A stretch of 64,000 nucleotides of DNA from contig NC_081396.1 in assembly GCF_030684315.1 (NCBI RefSeq), forward strand, positions 3,968,001 to 4,032,000, read 5' to 3'. A program made the translations under genes and the position numbers. This stretch comes from Stegostoma tigrinum. Taxonomy: Eukaryota. Each line of letters starts with the position of its first letter. Position 1 is the first letter of the stretch. Shown piece after piece: positions 27,945 through 39,336 of this stretch. The notes under the pieces were generated by a model. It saw only the letters and a list, made by a program, of their open reading frames with translations. It was not told where the DNA came from and did not search any database.

Positions 27945-28722
27945 ATCCACTGCATCCACTGTACCCGGTGTGGCTTCCTCTACATTGGGGAAACCAAGCG
28001 GAGGCTTGGAGACCGCTTTGCAGAACACCTCCGCTCAGTTCGCAACAAACTACTGCACCTCCCAATCGCAAACCATTTCCACTCCCCCTCCCATTCTCTA
28101 GATGACATGTCCATCATGGGCCTCCTGCAGTGCCACAATGATGCCACCCGAAGGTTGCAGGAATAGCAACTCATATTCCACCTGGGAACCCTGCAGCCTA
28201 ATGGTATCAATGTGGACTTCACCAGTTTCAAAATCTCCCCTTCCCCAACTACATCTCTAAACAAGCCCAGTTCGTCCCCTCCCCCTACTGCACCACACAA
28301 CCAGCCCAGCTCCTCCACTCCACCCACTGCATCCCAAAACCAGTCCAACCTGTCTCCGCCTAACTAACCTGTTCTTCCTCTCACCCATCCCTTCCTCCCA
28401 CCCCAAGCCACACCCCCATCTCCTACCTACTAACCTCATCCCACCTCGTTGACCTGTCCATCTTCCCTGGACTGACCTATCCCCTCCCTACCTCCCCACC
28501 TATACTCTCCTCTCCACCTATCTTCTTTTCTCTCCATCTTCGGTCCGCCTCCCCCTCTCTCCCTATTTATTCCAGAACCCTCACCCCATCCCCCTCTCTG
28601 ATGAAGGGTCTAGGCCCGAAACGTCAGCTTTTGTGCTCCTGAGATGCTGCTTGGCCTGCTGTGGTCATCCAGCCTCACACTTTGTTGTCTTGGATTCTCC
28701 AGCATCTGCAGTTCCCATTATC
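27945..28722 (+). mobile_element. Young 5'-truncated Penelope-like element (GIY-YIG C-terminus, 3' UTR, intact hammerhead core)
   Basis: Translation CIHCTRCGFLYIGETKRRLGDRFAEHLRS...LIFHLGTLQPNGINVDF, then a pyrimidine tract and CTGATGAAGGGTCTAGGCCCGAAACGTC at 28598-28625. Confidence 0.92.
28598..28625 (+). ncRNA. Minimal type I hammerhead ribozyme core
   Basis: CUGAUGA-(A)-stem II GGGU/GCCC with CUAG loop-GAAA-C-GUC cleavage triplet; the short palindromic helix III (ACGU) is typical of PLE hammerheads. Confidence 0.8.
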
Positions 28723-28900
28723 TCTTTCCCCTTTTCTATTGTCTTTATTCCCCATGTCTTTACTCTTCCTACTAAAGTGCATAATATCACGCTTTCCCAC
28801 ATTGTATTCCATCTGCCACTTCATTGCCCATTCTCCTAGCCTTTCTAATCCTTCGGTAGCTTTCCTGCATCCCTCCAATTGTTAACAATGTCACCTACCT
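28723..28900 (-). mobile_element. CR1 RT fragment
   Basis: GLERLGEWAMKWQMEYNVGK..IMHF. Confidence 0.8.
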
Positions 28901-29109
28901 ACCAGATTTGATCAGGAACTCTTGATATGGAGTAATGGCGATTTATTTAAAAGTTTAAACAAAAGAATTGTTTGCAACATTCCAAACTACAATGGCCCCC
29001 AGATGATTAAGCAAGATGGGATGAACCACGGAAGTTAATGCAACAGAGGTTGTCTCAATCTTCATTATAAGGCCTGCTTGGGTGAAATGTGAGGAGGCGA
29101 TTGCTAACA

Positions 29110-29556
29110 AGCATAGAACATGGAACATAGAACATTACAGCACAGTACAGGCCCTTCGGCCCTCGATGTGCCGACCTGTCATATTGATCTCAAGCCCAGC
29201 TAACCTATACTATTCCATGTACGTTCATATACTTATCCAATGACGTCTTAAATGTACCAAAAGTTGGCGAATCTACTACCGTTGCAGGCAAAGTGTTCCA
29301 TTGCCATACTACTCTCTGAGAAAAGAAACTACCTCTGACATCTGTCCTATATCTTTCACCCCTCAATTTAAAGCTATGCCCCCTCGTGCTCGCCATCATC
29401 ATCCTAGGAAAAAGGTTCTCCCTATCCACCCGATCTAACCCTCTGATTATTTTATATGTTTCAATTAAGTCACCTCTCAACCTTCTTCTCTCCAATGAAA
29501 ACAGCCTCAAATCCCTCAGCCTTTCCTCGTTAGACCTTCCCTCCATACCAGGCAAA
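29110..29556 (-). mobile_element. Young CR1 LINE 3' end
   Basis: Open 116-aa C-terminus (LFSLERRRLRGDLIETYKIIRG..RGHSFKL..FFSQRVV..WNTLP) and a short tandem-repeat tail (catagaa repeats). Confidence 0.93.
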
Positions 29557-29559
29557 AAG

Positions 29560-29652
29560 GGATGAAGGGTCTAGGCCCAAAACGTCAGCTTTTGTGCACC
29601 TGAGATGCTGCTTGGCCTGCTGTGTTCATCCAGCCTCACATTTTGTTGTCTT
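29560..29652 (+). mobile_element. Truncated PLE terminal fragment
   Basis: gatgaagggtctaggcccaaaacgtcagcttttgtg... (hammerhead core truncated and mutated). Confidence 0.8.
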
Positions 29653-30299
29653 ACTTCATATTTTATCCATTACAACACACGGAACGGCAATTGTTTATGT
29701 TGGTAGCTGTGAGATTGTATTGATAAATATATCAGTGGTAATGAAGATAAAGCAAATTGTGCAAAGGCCATTTCTTCTGCAGAGTTTGAAATCACAGCTA
29801 AAATCCTCACTTCATCGATGTCGTATTGGTAGCTGGCTGATACTACAGTTTGTTCCTGCGCCATGAGGAGAACAGTGCTGGAAGTCAGCCAATCTTAAAA
29901 GCAGAAACTTACATCGATCTGAATGCTTTAGAAACACTTGTTTGAACAAGGTGCAGTAGGTGTCAAACTGATGATGAAGCGCTGCGTGCCTGGCCTGTCA
30001 AACATAATGGGATAGTCCCAGGAAACAGCTATCAATGCAGTCAGGTAATTACGCCCAATTTGTTATTTCAACCTCTGAAAGGCATGGTTGACACTTGAAT
30101 GAAAACGCTCAGATAATTTCAGAGCCACCACTGATATTGAGTTGGCCAATGGACATCTGCAATCATCACAATTTAATATTGAGGTCCATAATTGGACCGC
30201 CTGATGATCTCATGTTATGTTCTTTATTCACGACCAAAACCCTGGCCCTGACATCACACGAGGTGCTTTCATCACAGCCAACCAATTTGCATTCACAAA

Positions 30300-30590
30300 T
30301 GACATGTTGTTGGGATAATAGTGCATTGATTTCTATATTCTTGAGAAATCAATTGTTTTTATCTACTGAACAGGGATACACGGACACTGTCTTAAAACTT
30401 CCTTCCCGACTAGATTTAAGTGTGAAACTTTGTAAATCCTTATTTTCCATCACATAATTAGAAAGACACTGCCTCGAGATTCTTGCCTGAATAGAATTAG
30501 GTATATGCTTTGTTAGTCTTTATCTTTCCGCACTCTGGTATGTGGAAATTGTCTCAAATAAGACTAAGTTGGGCAGCGTTTCCTCAGGTA
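30300..30590 (+). mobile_element. ERV 5' LTR, partial (U3 part only)
   Basis: Aligns by eye with 44715-45005 (shared cttaaaacttcc, aaactttgtaaatccttat, gtctcaaataag). Similarity stops before the TATA/polyA part; no clear primer-binding site seen. Confidence 0.8.
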
Positions 30591-30949
30591 ACTGGATTAT
30601 CCGGGAGGTTTGCGTCCTTCAGTTGCCGGGGTTCGTGTGCCTAGGTCAGGAAAGTGGAAAGTCCGGGAGGTTAGATTCCCCCGGTGGGTGGGGTCAGAGT
30701 CCTTAGGCCAGGAAAAAAAAAACTGCCTTAGTAAGCCTCGGGGTGTTCGATTCAGATTGGAAAAGTAGGATAAGTCTTCTGATGTAGGTTTCGGATAGTT
30801 AAAGTGCCTGTCTGTCTCAACCACCCTGCCTTAGGTTGGTTGTTAAGAGGGGAAATGCCCCACGCGAATGCTGGGTACTCGAAGTGGGTGCTGAGGATAA
30901 GGAGACTGGTGTTGCACACAGAAATATGTAAAAAGTAAAGGCACTAAAA

Positions 30950-33072
30950 ATGGGACAAATGTTAGATTAGTCTGGTGTCGGGACTCCTTTTCATCGGTTT
31001 TACCAGGATGACCCCGAAGAGGAAATAGAGTACCGAAGTCTGTTGGAATGGCTAAACAAAAAAAAAATGGAAAATGAGAATTGCCATTCGGTGGAACGTG
31101 GGATATTGATCGATGTACTAAAGTACAAGAGGCAATATCGACACGTAATGCGGGAAGTAAATGGAAACGGTTGATATCATCTCGGAAAAAAAAGAGAGCT
31201 GAAGAGCTGAATGAAACATCAAAAATGGCCAGTTGCGTGGATAATGCACGGAGGAAAGGGATTAGTGCATGTGATAGTAAGGGAAAACCTAAACCTTGGG
31301 AGATTTTTACGCCGCAGTGTCAGGATCATGCGATGAATGAACATGGCAGAGTTAAACAAGAAAGGCTGGAAAGGGAACGTTGGGACAAAAACCGGGGATG
31401 AAAGCTGCTGACAGAAGATAAAAAAAATCGGAGGTAACTCCTGACATACCTGGTGTGCCAATGTTTGTCAAAAATAATGACACAGGTAAGCAAGATGAGG
31501 AGAACTGGGGAAGGCACGCCTTGCCCATCGGGACTACTAACCCCGCCACAACTCGAACCATCCTTGACCAACCTACATCGAAAGGCACCGCAATACTGCC
31601 ATCAGTCTCAGGAATCGCCCGGAGCCCGATTACTGCCATTGTACACTGACCACAACAAACCTCCTACAACAGAATCTCCAAGTCCTTCAGAAATCAGTCC
31701 ACGTGAACATTCTGACAAACCCATGGCTTGGACAGACTCTAACTCCTGTCATAGTACGTCTAAGCCAAAACAGACAATCAGGAAACAAAATACGGGACAG
31801 ACCACAAGTGGACAAAAGGAGGGGGGTGCATCACTCTTTTAAAACCCACAGGGGATTGCTGAAAAAAATGTCAGCCCCGCATGCAGTTTCCTCAGCCCAC
31901 GAGTTCCTGTCTTGTGTCACCTCGCGATTCTGTGAGTCGTGAGAAGTATGTTAGTTCCGATTCACGGGCTGATGATGATGAACCTGAGGACAGTGCTTGG
32001 AAGAGACCCTCGGACACCCCTCCCCGAAAGAACGACCGCCAGAAAAGAAATCCACAATCTCCGAATCGTACAGTCCCTCACCTGAGCCCAACGCAGGGGG
32101 ATCAAAATACGATGCAGGCCGACACCTCTTGGAAGCTGCAGGAGATGTGTTTAATTATGCTAAGAGCCACGAGTAGAAAGACTAATCCTGACGACTTCAT
32201 AGGCTATATCCTGAGCACTATTCTGACGCACCAAGCCCCCCTGCAAGCCCTCTTTAGATGGCGCTGTATGGCTGTTACCCTCATTGAATTTTCTAGTTGG
32301 AAAATCCCCCTGGGAGACCGAGCTCCCCAAGACTGGGATGTTTTTATAAGTCCTGTAGCTGAAGGTCTTAAGCTACTAACCATTAAAGATCCCCTCAAGC
32401 GAACATTGCAGCAAGCAGTCGATGTTCCCAGAGTGTCAGAGTGCAAATCCAATCCCGGGGAGTGAGTTCTGGGAATGTTTCTGCTCCACCTGTGCCACTT
32501 ACTCTGGTGATACTGCCTACTTTGCAGGAAATCCCTCACCACAGTACAATGCTCTTTTGCTGCATTGTATACCTGAGGCTGTGGCGGTGGCTCTTCGTAC
32601 CAATAACATGGATTGGCCAGATAATAACCGTGCTCAAGTGGGAAGGGCCTTAACTTATTACCGGAAGGAATCCTTGCTGACCAGAGTCACATATGACATG
32701 GTGCAGCATCACCTGTGCCAGACCAGGTCCAGAAACCCAGCTCATCCAGCATTGGACTTCCAATTAGTGAGGGCATTTTACACCGAACCCCAGAGCTATT
32801 TTCCTGGCTGGGTCGACAATTATGGTAACGGTTTTGTCACTCATCCACACGGTCCTACTGCTCTTCACTATGGAGCACCATATGCACCCGCTCCACCGTT
32901 CCGGAGACCCAGTGCCGCTTTGCCGCGAGGCGCAACACCACACTCTACTGAGGGATGTTTTAACTGTGGCAGTTGGGATCAGTGGATGAGAACTTGTGCT
33001 CAGAATCAATGTCAAGGGCGAACACAAGGAAGAAGGCCACCGTTTTCAACAAATAATCCTTTTTCAGCCTGA
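30950..33072 (+). pseudogene. gag: ERV copy 1 gag (disrupted)
   Basis: Starts MGQ (myristoylation-type), has a matrix PFGGTWD motif, and ends with a nucleocapsid knuckle CFNCGSWDQWMRTC (H to Q) and TGA at 33070-33072. Confidence 0.85.
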
Positions 33073-36000
33073 CGAACTTCACCCCATAATCTGCACATTT
33101 TAAAGAGAGATCCGGAGGATCAACCTATTGTTAATCTAACTGCACAAAGGGTAGCAAGTTCTTTTGTGATTGTTACTGGGGCCAAGACACCTGTGTTGGA
33201 TGCATCATGTGTACAGCAATATTGGTTTACACTCTCACCCGTCTCAGTAAGCCTTAATGGACAGACTGGACAGGCAAACGCATACTCTTTAACAGAACCA
33301 TTGGCAGTTCAATTTGGCCCTGTAAACTGTATTATTTATTTTGACCAGACCCTCACGTTGGGAGTTAATTTAACCGGGAGAGATTTGTTTTGCCTTCTTG
33401 AAACTGAAATTCTGTGTCTCAACAAGGGCATTAATGTCAAAAGTGACCCGATTAAGCGACATTTTTGGGTTCATCGATCGCCACACTGATGAACGATTGA
33501 CTTATCTCTGTGAGATAGCACCCTTCTCCTTCAAATCCCTAGCCCTCAAGTTGACTTGTGTTATGACCCTACAGGCACTTCCTGTTAATTGGCTGGTATT
33601 TACCCCCTATCTAGGATCAGGTTTATCTGTTACTATTATCGAGTATATGGAGGGAAAGGAAGGATCAGCGTTTCAGGTGGAGGTGCCACCCCATCTATGC
33701 CATGAATCGTGTCTGGTATTCCCTTACCTCACACTGGCAGTGAGCACCGGCTATAAAGTCAAGTCTTTGGGATTTCTAGCGCACCTCTTGATCCAACAAT
33801 TATACGTGGAAGTGGAGTGTTATTCAGAGCAGGTGGCTGATGGTCTCATTAGATATTATAGTCATCATTTTGTTGTCTTTGGGCCATTACGTCGCCACCA
33901 TGCTCATCATAGTGCCTCTAAGGAGTCTTCTCCAGACCTGTGGTCTACATCCACACATGAGGTAGGATACACTCCGGTCACCATCGTGGGAGTGCGCTTA
34001 CTCTCAATACCTCAGTACCCCGTCAAACCTGAGACAGTGAAATGAATAACCTCCTTGATCATGTCGTTCCTCCAACCAGGTATATTGTTCCCTTGTCAAT
34101 TGCCTTGCAATACTCCTATTCTGCCCGTCCCTAAACCCAGCCGCCAGGAATGGCGACTGGTCCAGGACCTCAGACAAATAAATAAGATAGTGCGACCCTG
34201 ACATCCGATTGCCCCTCATCCTGCCACTATGCTTCGCAACATTCCCTTAGATGCGTGTGTCATCACCGTTTTGGACTTGCAACATGCATTTTCCATGATT
34301 CCCTTGTATCAGGGGTCTCAATATCTGTTTGTCTTTTCCTTTAAAGGACAGCAGGAGACCTGGATTTGTCTCCGCCAAAAGTTCATTCACTCGCCTATCC
34401 TAGTTTCCCACGTCTGGCACCGGCAGCTCCAAGATCTCTGAGTCTTGGATGGCTCCACTGTTATCCAATATGTTAACGATTTGCTCTTCGCAAGCCCATC
34501 ATAATCCAAAAATGTTCTGGATACGAACCGCCTTTTAAACACTCTTCAATCTTGGGCATATCTTATGACCACTGTGAAGGTTACGTGTAATCAACAGAGG
34601 GGGCCGTTCCCAAGGATTCTGCTCAGCGCCTGGGAACAAACGCTCACCCCTCAGTGCATTGCTCCTATTCTGATGAACCACGCCCATAACCCCAAAACAA
34701 GTAAGGGCCTTTTTAGGCTTGGTAAATTATTGTTGACAGTGGCTCCCTAATGTCCCTTTGCTTAAAAAAAAACTACCGACCCCTTTAGCTTCTTGAAAAA
34801 AACCCATAAAACCTTCACCCTCCCCGAGAAACAACAGTCTTTGCAGACTTAAAAGCAGATCTTGCTGCTGCCCCGGCTTGGGGAAGACCTTTACATGACA
34901 GACCTTTCAGGCTATATGTTAATGTTCTGGATGGGTGCGCCACTGGGCTATTGACACAGACTCGTGGCATGTGCAAACAACCGGTCACCGACGACTCTAC
35001 CTGCCTGGACTCTGTCGCACGTGGGCTTACACCTTTGTTCCAAGATTCTTCTTGCGATTTATACTTCAGTCACTACAGCCTCTAAAGTGATTCTCCACCA
35101 GCCACTTACTGTCTAAAACTCACATGCCATTGTCGCCATCCTCTCCTCCCACCAGACTCAACACCTCACCCAGGCACATTTTAGCTGCTACGAAGTCGCA
35201 CTCCTTAACAATCTGCTCTTGACATTCCCTTCCTGCTTCACAAATAACCCAACCACGTTTTTGAGCACCAATCTCCGATGAGTTTTTAGCACACCTGCAT
35301 GACTGCTTACGAAGGAACCAATTTCTAACATTTCTGCACCGGTACCTGACTGACTTCACGGTCCCTTCTCCGGATGTTATCCTGTTTGTTGATGGCAGTT
35401 CCTCCAAGTTGCCCTTGGGTAACACTCTGGATATGCAATTGTCGATGTTGCCTCCACATTAGAATCAATGGTGTTTGAGCCCCCGGTGTCCGCTCCGAAA
35501 GGAGAACTTTTTGTCCTTACCTTTGCTTGCATCCGAGCATCAGGGAAGTCAGCGAATATTTACACCAACTCTCAGTATGCCTTCAGAGTCTCCCACAACT
35601 TTGGCCAGTTATGGTGTCAGTATGGGTTTTTAACATCTTCAGGTTCACCCTTCCAACATTCCCCGTTTGTTAAAAACCCTCTCCAGACAATCCTCCTGCC
35701 TAACCATGTGGTTATTATCAAATGCGCTGCCCATGCCTCCGACGAATCCGTAGTTACTCAGGCAACACTCGGGCTGATCAGGCGGCCAAACAGGCAACTG
35801 CAGATCAAACCTTTATTGTTCCATGTACGAACAAGCAGGTGGTAAATCCAATGCCTCATTCGGACTAGATGGGCATGCCAGAAATAGCCACTGTTCAGCA
35901 CCTACAGGGCGATGCCCCTGCTTCTGAAAAGGACATTCGGACGGTGCATGGATGTTCGTTTTCTGCATCGTCAGGCCTTTGAATTACCCTCGTCGGCCAA

Positions 36001-37043
36001 GTGTGTCGACCTGTTGCTTTGTTACCAATGTTTGTTGACTGTCTGCATTCTGATACCTATGTTGGCAAGGAGGCAATGAGTGGTACCTTGTGGCACCCCG
36101 ACTGGCTGAGGCAGCCACCACACCCCCCCTGCCCCTGTCTCAAACAGCATCATTTCTCACATGCAAGCAAAACAATTTTGGTCTGGGGGAGACGTGCTCA
36201 CCAGGAAAAAGAATCAGGTGGACCGTTTCAATGCATTTAGCTGGATTTGATTGAATTACCTCGTGTAAATAGTTGTAAGTGTTGTCTTGTCATTGCAGAT
36301 TCATTCAGTAGGTGGAGAGAGGCTTTCACAATGACACATAACAAAGCCTCAACAGTAGTGAAGTTATTATTAACTGAAATAATGCCGAGGTTAGGAGTGA
36401 CTCGACAAATTAGTTCTGTCAATGGCATCACTTTGTAGGAAAGATTAATAAGGAGCTGTGTGACACGTTATGCATCCAGCAGCAATTCCACTGTTCATAC
36501 CACCCCTCAGTGTCAGGGATAGTGGAAAAAGAGAATGGAACGCTCAAAGCGAAATTGACCAAGTTGATATTAGAGACTGGTCTTAGCTAGTTAAAGGATT
36601 TGCCGCCAGCTTTGTGCCACACGCGAATAACAACCTATTCTACGACTGGACTCACAGCAACAGAAATAGTCTACGGCTGACCAGCAAAACACCCTGGGAT
36701 GCCAATACCAGCCCACCCACCCAAATTGACTTGAATGTGATGGCAGAAGAAATGCAAAGGTATATCCTGAAGCCAACATCGTCTCCAAAGTTTCTCCATT
36801 CACTGGTGAAGTGTATCTTTGGAACACATTTGCAGGCACTAGACCAAAACCTGAAGCACAAGAATCGCTCGACATGACGACAGATTGGCGATTTCGTACT
36901 TGTCCGAGATTGGGATCGCCCTAATCTTGGGCGCAGGTGGAAAGGGCCATTCTTTGAACTCCAACAGCTCTCTAAGTTAAAAGAATCACTGGATCCACCT
37001 CAGTAACTGCAAACGACAGATTCCCTCTTCGCTTTGCAATTAA
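33073..37043 (+). pseudogene. pol: ERV copy 1 pro-pol (protease, candidate 2H domain, RT, RNase H, integrase; disrupted)
   Basis: IVTGA (DTGA decayed), CNTPILPVPKP, WRLVQDLRQIN, LDLQHAF, QYVNDLL (YVDD class I type), LFVDGS, NIYTNSQYAF, LHSDTYVG, RWKGPF and WIHLSNCK. Confidence 0.93.
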
Positions 37044-37051
37044 CCATTTGA

Positions 37052-37860
37052 ATGAGGATTATTCTGATAGTGCATGTCCAGCAAACAGTCTCTTGCACAG
37101 AACACACGTCCAACTGCACGGGAATCAGATAACATGTTACCTGCTCCCAGGCTAAGAACGGATTCGTTTTCCTTCTTAATGAGACCTTCACAATTGCCAC
37201 TAAAATTTTGCTGGTGCTGTTTGCTGTTGGGGCCATTGGACACCTCATGGTCTCTTGTCCCCAATGAGCGTGGATTCAATGCCGAATTGCCACACGCTTC
37301 CTGAGCCAGGAGCTTTGTGATGCATGGCAGGATCCAATTGCCTTGGCCTCTTCCTTGTGTTATGGCTTCCTTGGAACTGTTAGCTTGGGAGGATCCCCGG
37401 GGTGGAGTGCGCAAATAAACCGAAATTACCTTATATGTTGACTCACCACCCTGGGAAACAGCACAATGAAAGCATTGGAGGCAGTCAACCAAGAATTTGC
37501 CGAACTTCATCTCTATGCTCAGTAAACCCGGTATGCAATGGACCATCAACAGGCTCAGCAAGGTGGAGCAAGGTACTATCATAGAGGACAAGTACATGAC
37601 CATGTTACCGATGAGTCCTCCCGTGTTACCCAGGCGATGCAAGCCATACAAGGGCTCTTGGAACAGTACAGAGAGGTGCCCTGACCGGGGCGGGGTTGCT
37701 CTTTCGGATGGCTTATTGGCAGGTCTTGTGTCTAATACCTGTTGCATGAGCTAGTTATTCTACAAGTTGTCATAGCGTTTGCTGTGTGTTTATTGTGTGC
37801 CTGTAATATTGATTCAGGCATGTGTTTGCCAGATCTGCAGCTCCTTTCTTGTCCCTGACA
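37052..37860 (+). pseudogene. env: ERV copy 1 env remnant (internally deleted)
   Basis: MRIILIV start; ELHLYAQ*TRYAMDHQQAQQGG resembles an immunosuppressive domain; hydrophobic TM region; homologous to copy 2 env. Confidence 0.7.
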
Positions 37861-37901
37861 TAAGTTAACATGAAATGATAAACGGAGGGAATGAGATGTT
37901 G

Positions 37902-38803
37902 TATCAGTGATAATGGGAACTGCAGATGCTGGAGAATCCAAGATAATAAAATGTGAGGCTGCATGAACACAGCAGGCCCGGCAGCATCTCAGGAGCACAA
38001 AAGCTGACGTTTCGGGCCGAGATCCTTCATCAGAGAGGGGGATGGGGTGAGGGTTCTGGAATAAATAGGGAGAGAGTGGGAGGCGGACGGAAGATGGAGC
38101 AATGGGAGAGAGATTCCCTGTGGTTGGTCCAGAGGGAGGAGGGTAACTTCTTCAGGTTAGGCATTCCTGGAAGAGGCTTCGCAGTGAGGTTAAAATTGCA
38201 TCAGTGATAATGGGAACTGCAGATGCTGGAGAAACCAAGATAATAAAATGTGAGGCTGCATGTACACAGCAGGCCCAGAAGCATCTCAGGAGCACAAAAG
38301 CTGACGTTTCGAGCCTCGACCCTTCATCAGAGAGGAGGATGGGGTAAGGGTTCTGGAATAAATAGTGAGAGAGGGGGAGGCGGACCGAAGATGGAGCAAT
38401 GGGAGAGTGATTCCCTGAGGTTGGCCCGGAGGGAGGAGGGTAACTTCTTCAGTTTAGGCATCCCTGGAAGAGGCTTCGCAGTGAGCTTAAAATTGTATCA
38501 GTGATAATGGGAACTGCAGATGCTGGAGAATCCAAGATAATAAAATGTGTGGCTGGATGAACACCGCAGGCCCAGCAGCATCTCAGGCGCACAAATGCTC
38601 TCTCCGATTGCTCCATCTTCGGTCCGCCTCCCCCTCTCTCCCTATTTATTCCAGAACCCTCACCCCATCCCCCTCTCTGATAAAGGGTCTAGGCCCGAAA
38701 CGTCAGCTTTTGTGCTCCTGAGATGCTGTTGGGCCTGCTGTGTTCATCCAGCCTCACATTTTATTATCTTGGATTCTCCAGCATCTGCAGTTCCCATTAT
38801 CAC
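37902..38803 (-). repeat. Tandem 297-bp PLE-derived hammerhead-containing repeats (2.3 units) plus one inverted unit
   Basis: atcagtgataatgggaactgcag recurs at 37903, 38200 and 38497. Hammerhead cores on the minus strand at about 38006-38033 and 38303-38330; inverted unit 38598-38803 has a CTGATAA-mutated core. Confidence 0.92.
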
Positions 38804-38809
38804 ACGGTG

Positions 38810-39160
38810 GATGTGAGTTTGGTATTGCACACTACTTTTCTTCCAAATTTTAAATGTCTCTCTTCCAGTTGGTCTGTTGGTTGGGGTGTGGTGGGAGAGG
38901 TGGTGTGAAGGGTTGATTATTTCCATGCCTGGAGATAATTGCCCTCCATTTATTTATCTGGTCATTCAATAATTGATGCTGCAAATGATGACAGCCATTT
39001 TGCATAGAAATAGACAAATAACATTCAAAGGCAGCTTGTTCCATTAATTGATGCAGAAAATAGAATGTCATACAAGCGTTACAGTAAACATTGTAGAGCT
39101 GGCATTGACTGCTCTCATGCAGAGTTAAATGCTCATATCAAGGAATTAATTATTATCCAC
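38810..39160 (+). repeat. Diverged paralog of host sequence 27158-27505
   Basis: Shared blocks gtattgcacactactttt..ccaaattttaaatgtctctctt, tagaaatagacaaataacattca and ttatccac. Confidence 0.88.
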
Positions 39161-39336
39161 CGTTTCGTAGATGCAGTGCCTCTTTGCCACGAGATGGAAC
39201 ACCACGCTCTGCTGAGGGATGTTTTACCTGCGTCAGTCAGGATCACTGGATGAGAACTTGTCCCCAAAATCAACGTCAAGGGAGACTCCAAGGAAGAAGC
39301 CAAACCTTTTCCACTAATAATCCTTTTTTAGCCTGA
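39156..39336 (+). pseudogene. gag: ERV copy 2 gag 3' end
   Basis: Intact CCHC knuckle CFTCVSQDHWMRTC; homologous to 32892-33072; TGA at 39334-39336. Confidence 0.85.

Noticed and set aside
33480-36600. APOBEC-type hypermutation suggested by several TGG-to-TGA/TAG stops in ERV copy 1
   Set aside because: Not quantified, and the copies appear to have diverged as host DNA, so neutral decay is sufficient.
37040-37747. 235-aa minus-strand ORF (and 237-aa ORF at 46467-47180) as novel genes
   Set aside because: They are antisense to the env remnant or off-frame within the RTE LINE, with no recognisable motifs.
37902-38803. CRISPR-like array
   Set aside because: Eukaryotic context; units are full-length near-identical 297-bp repeats without unique spacers.
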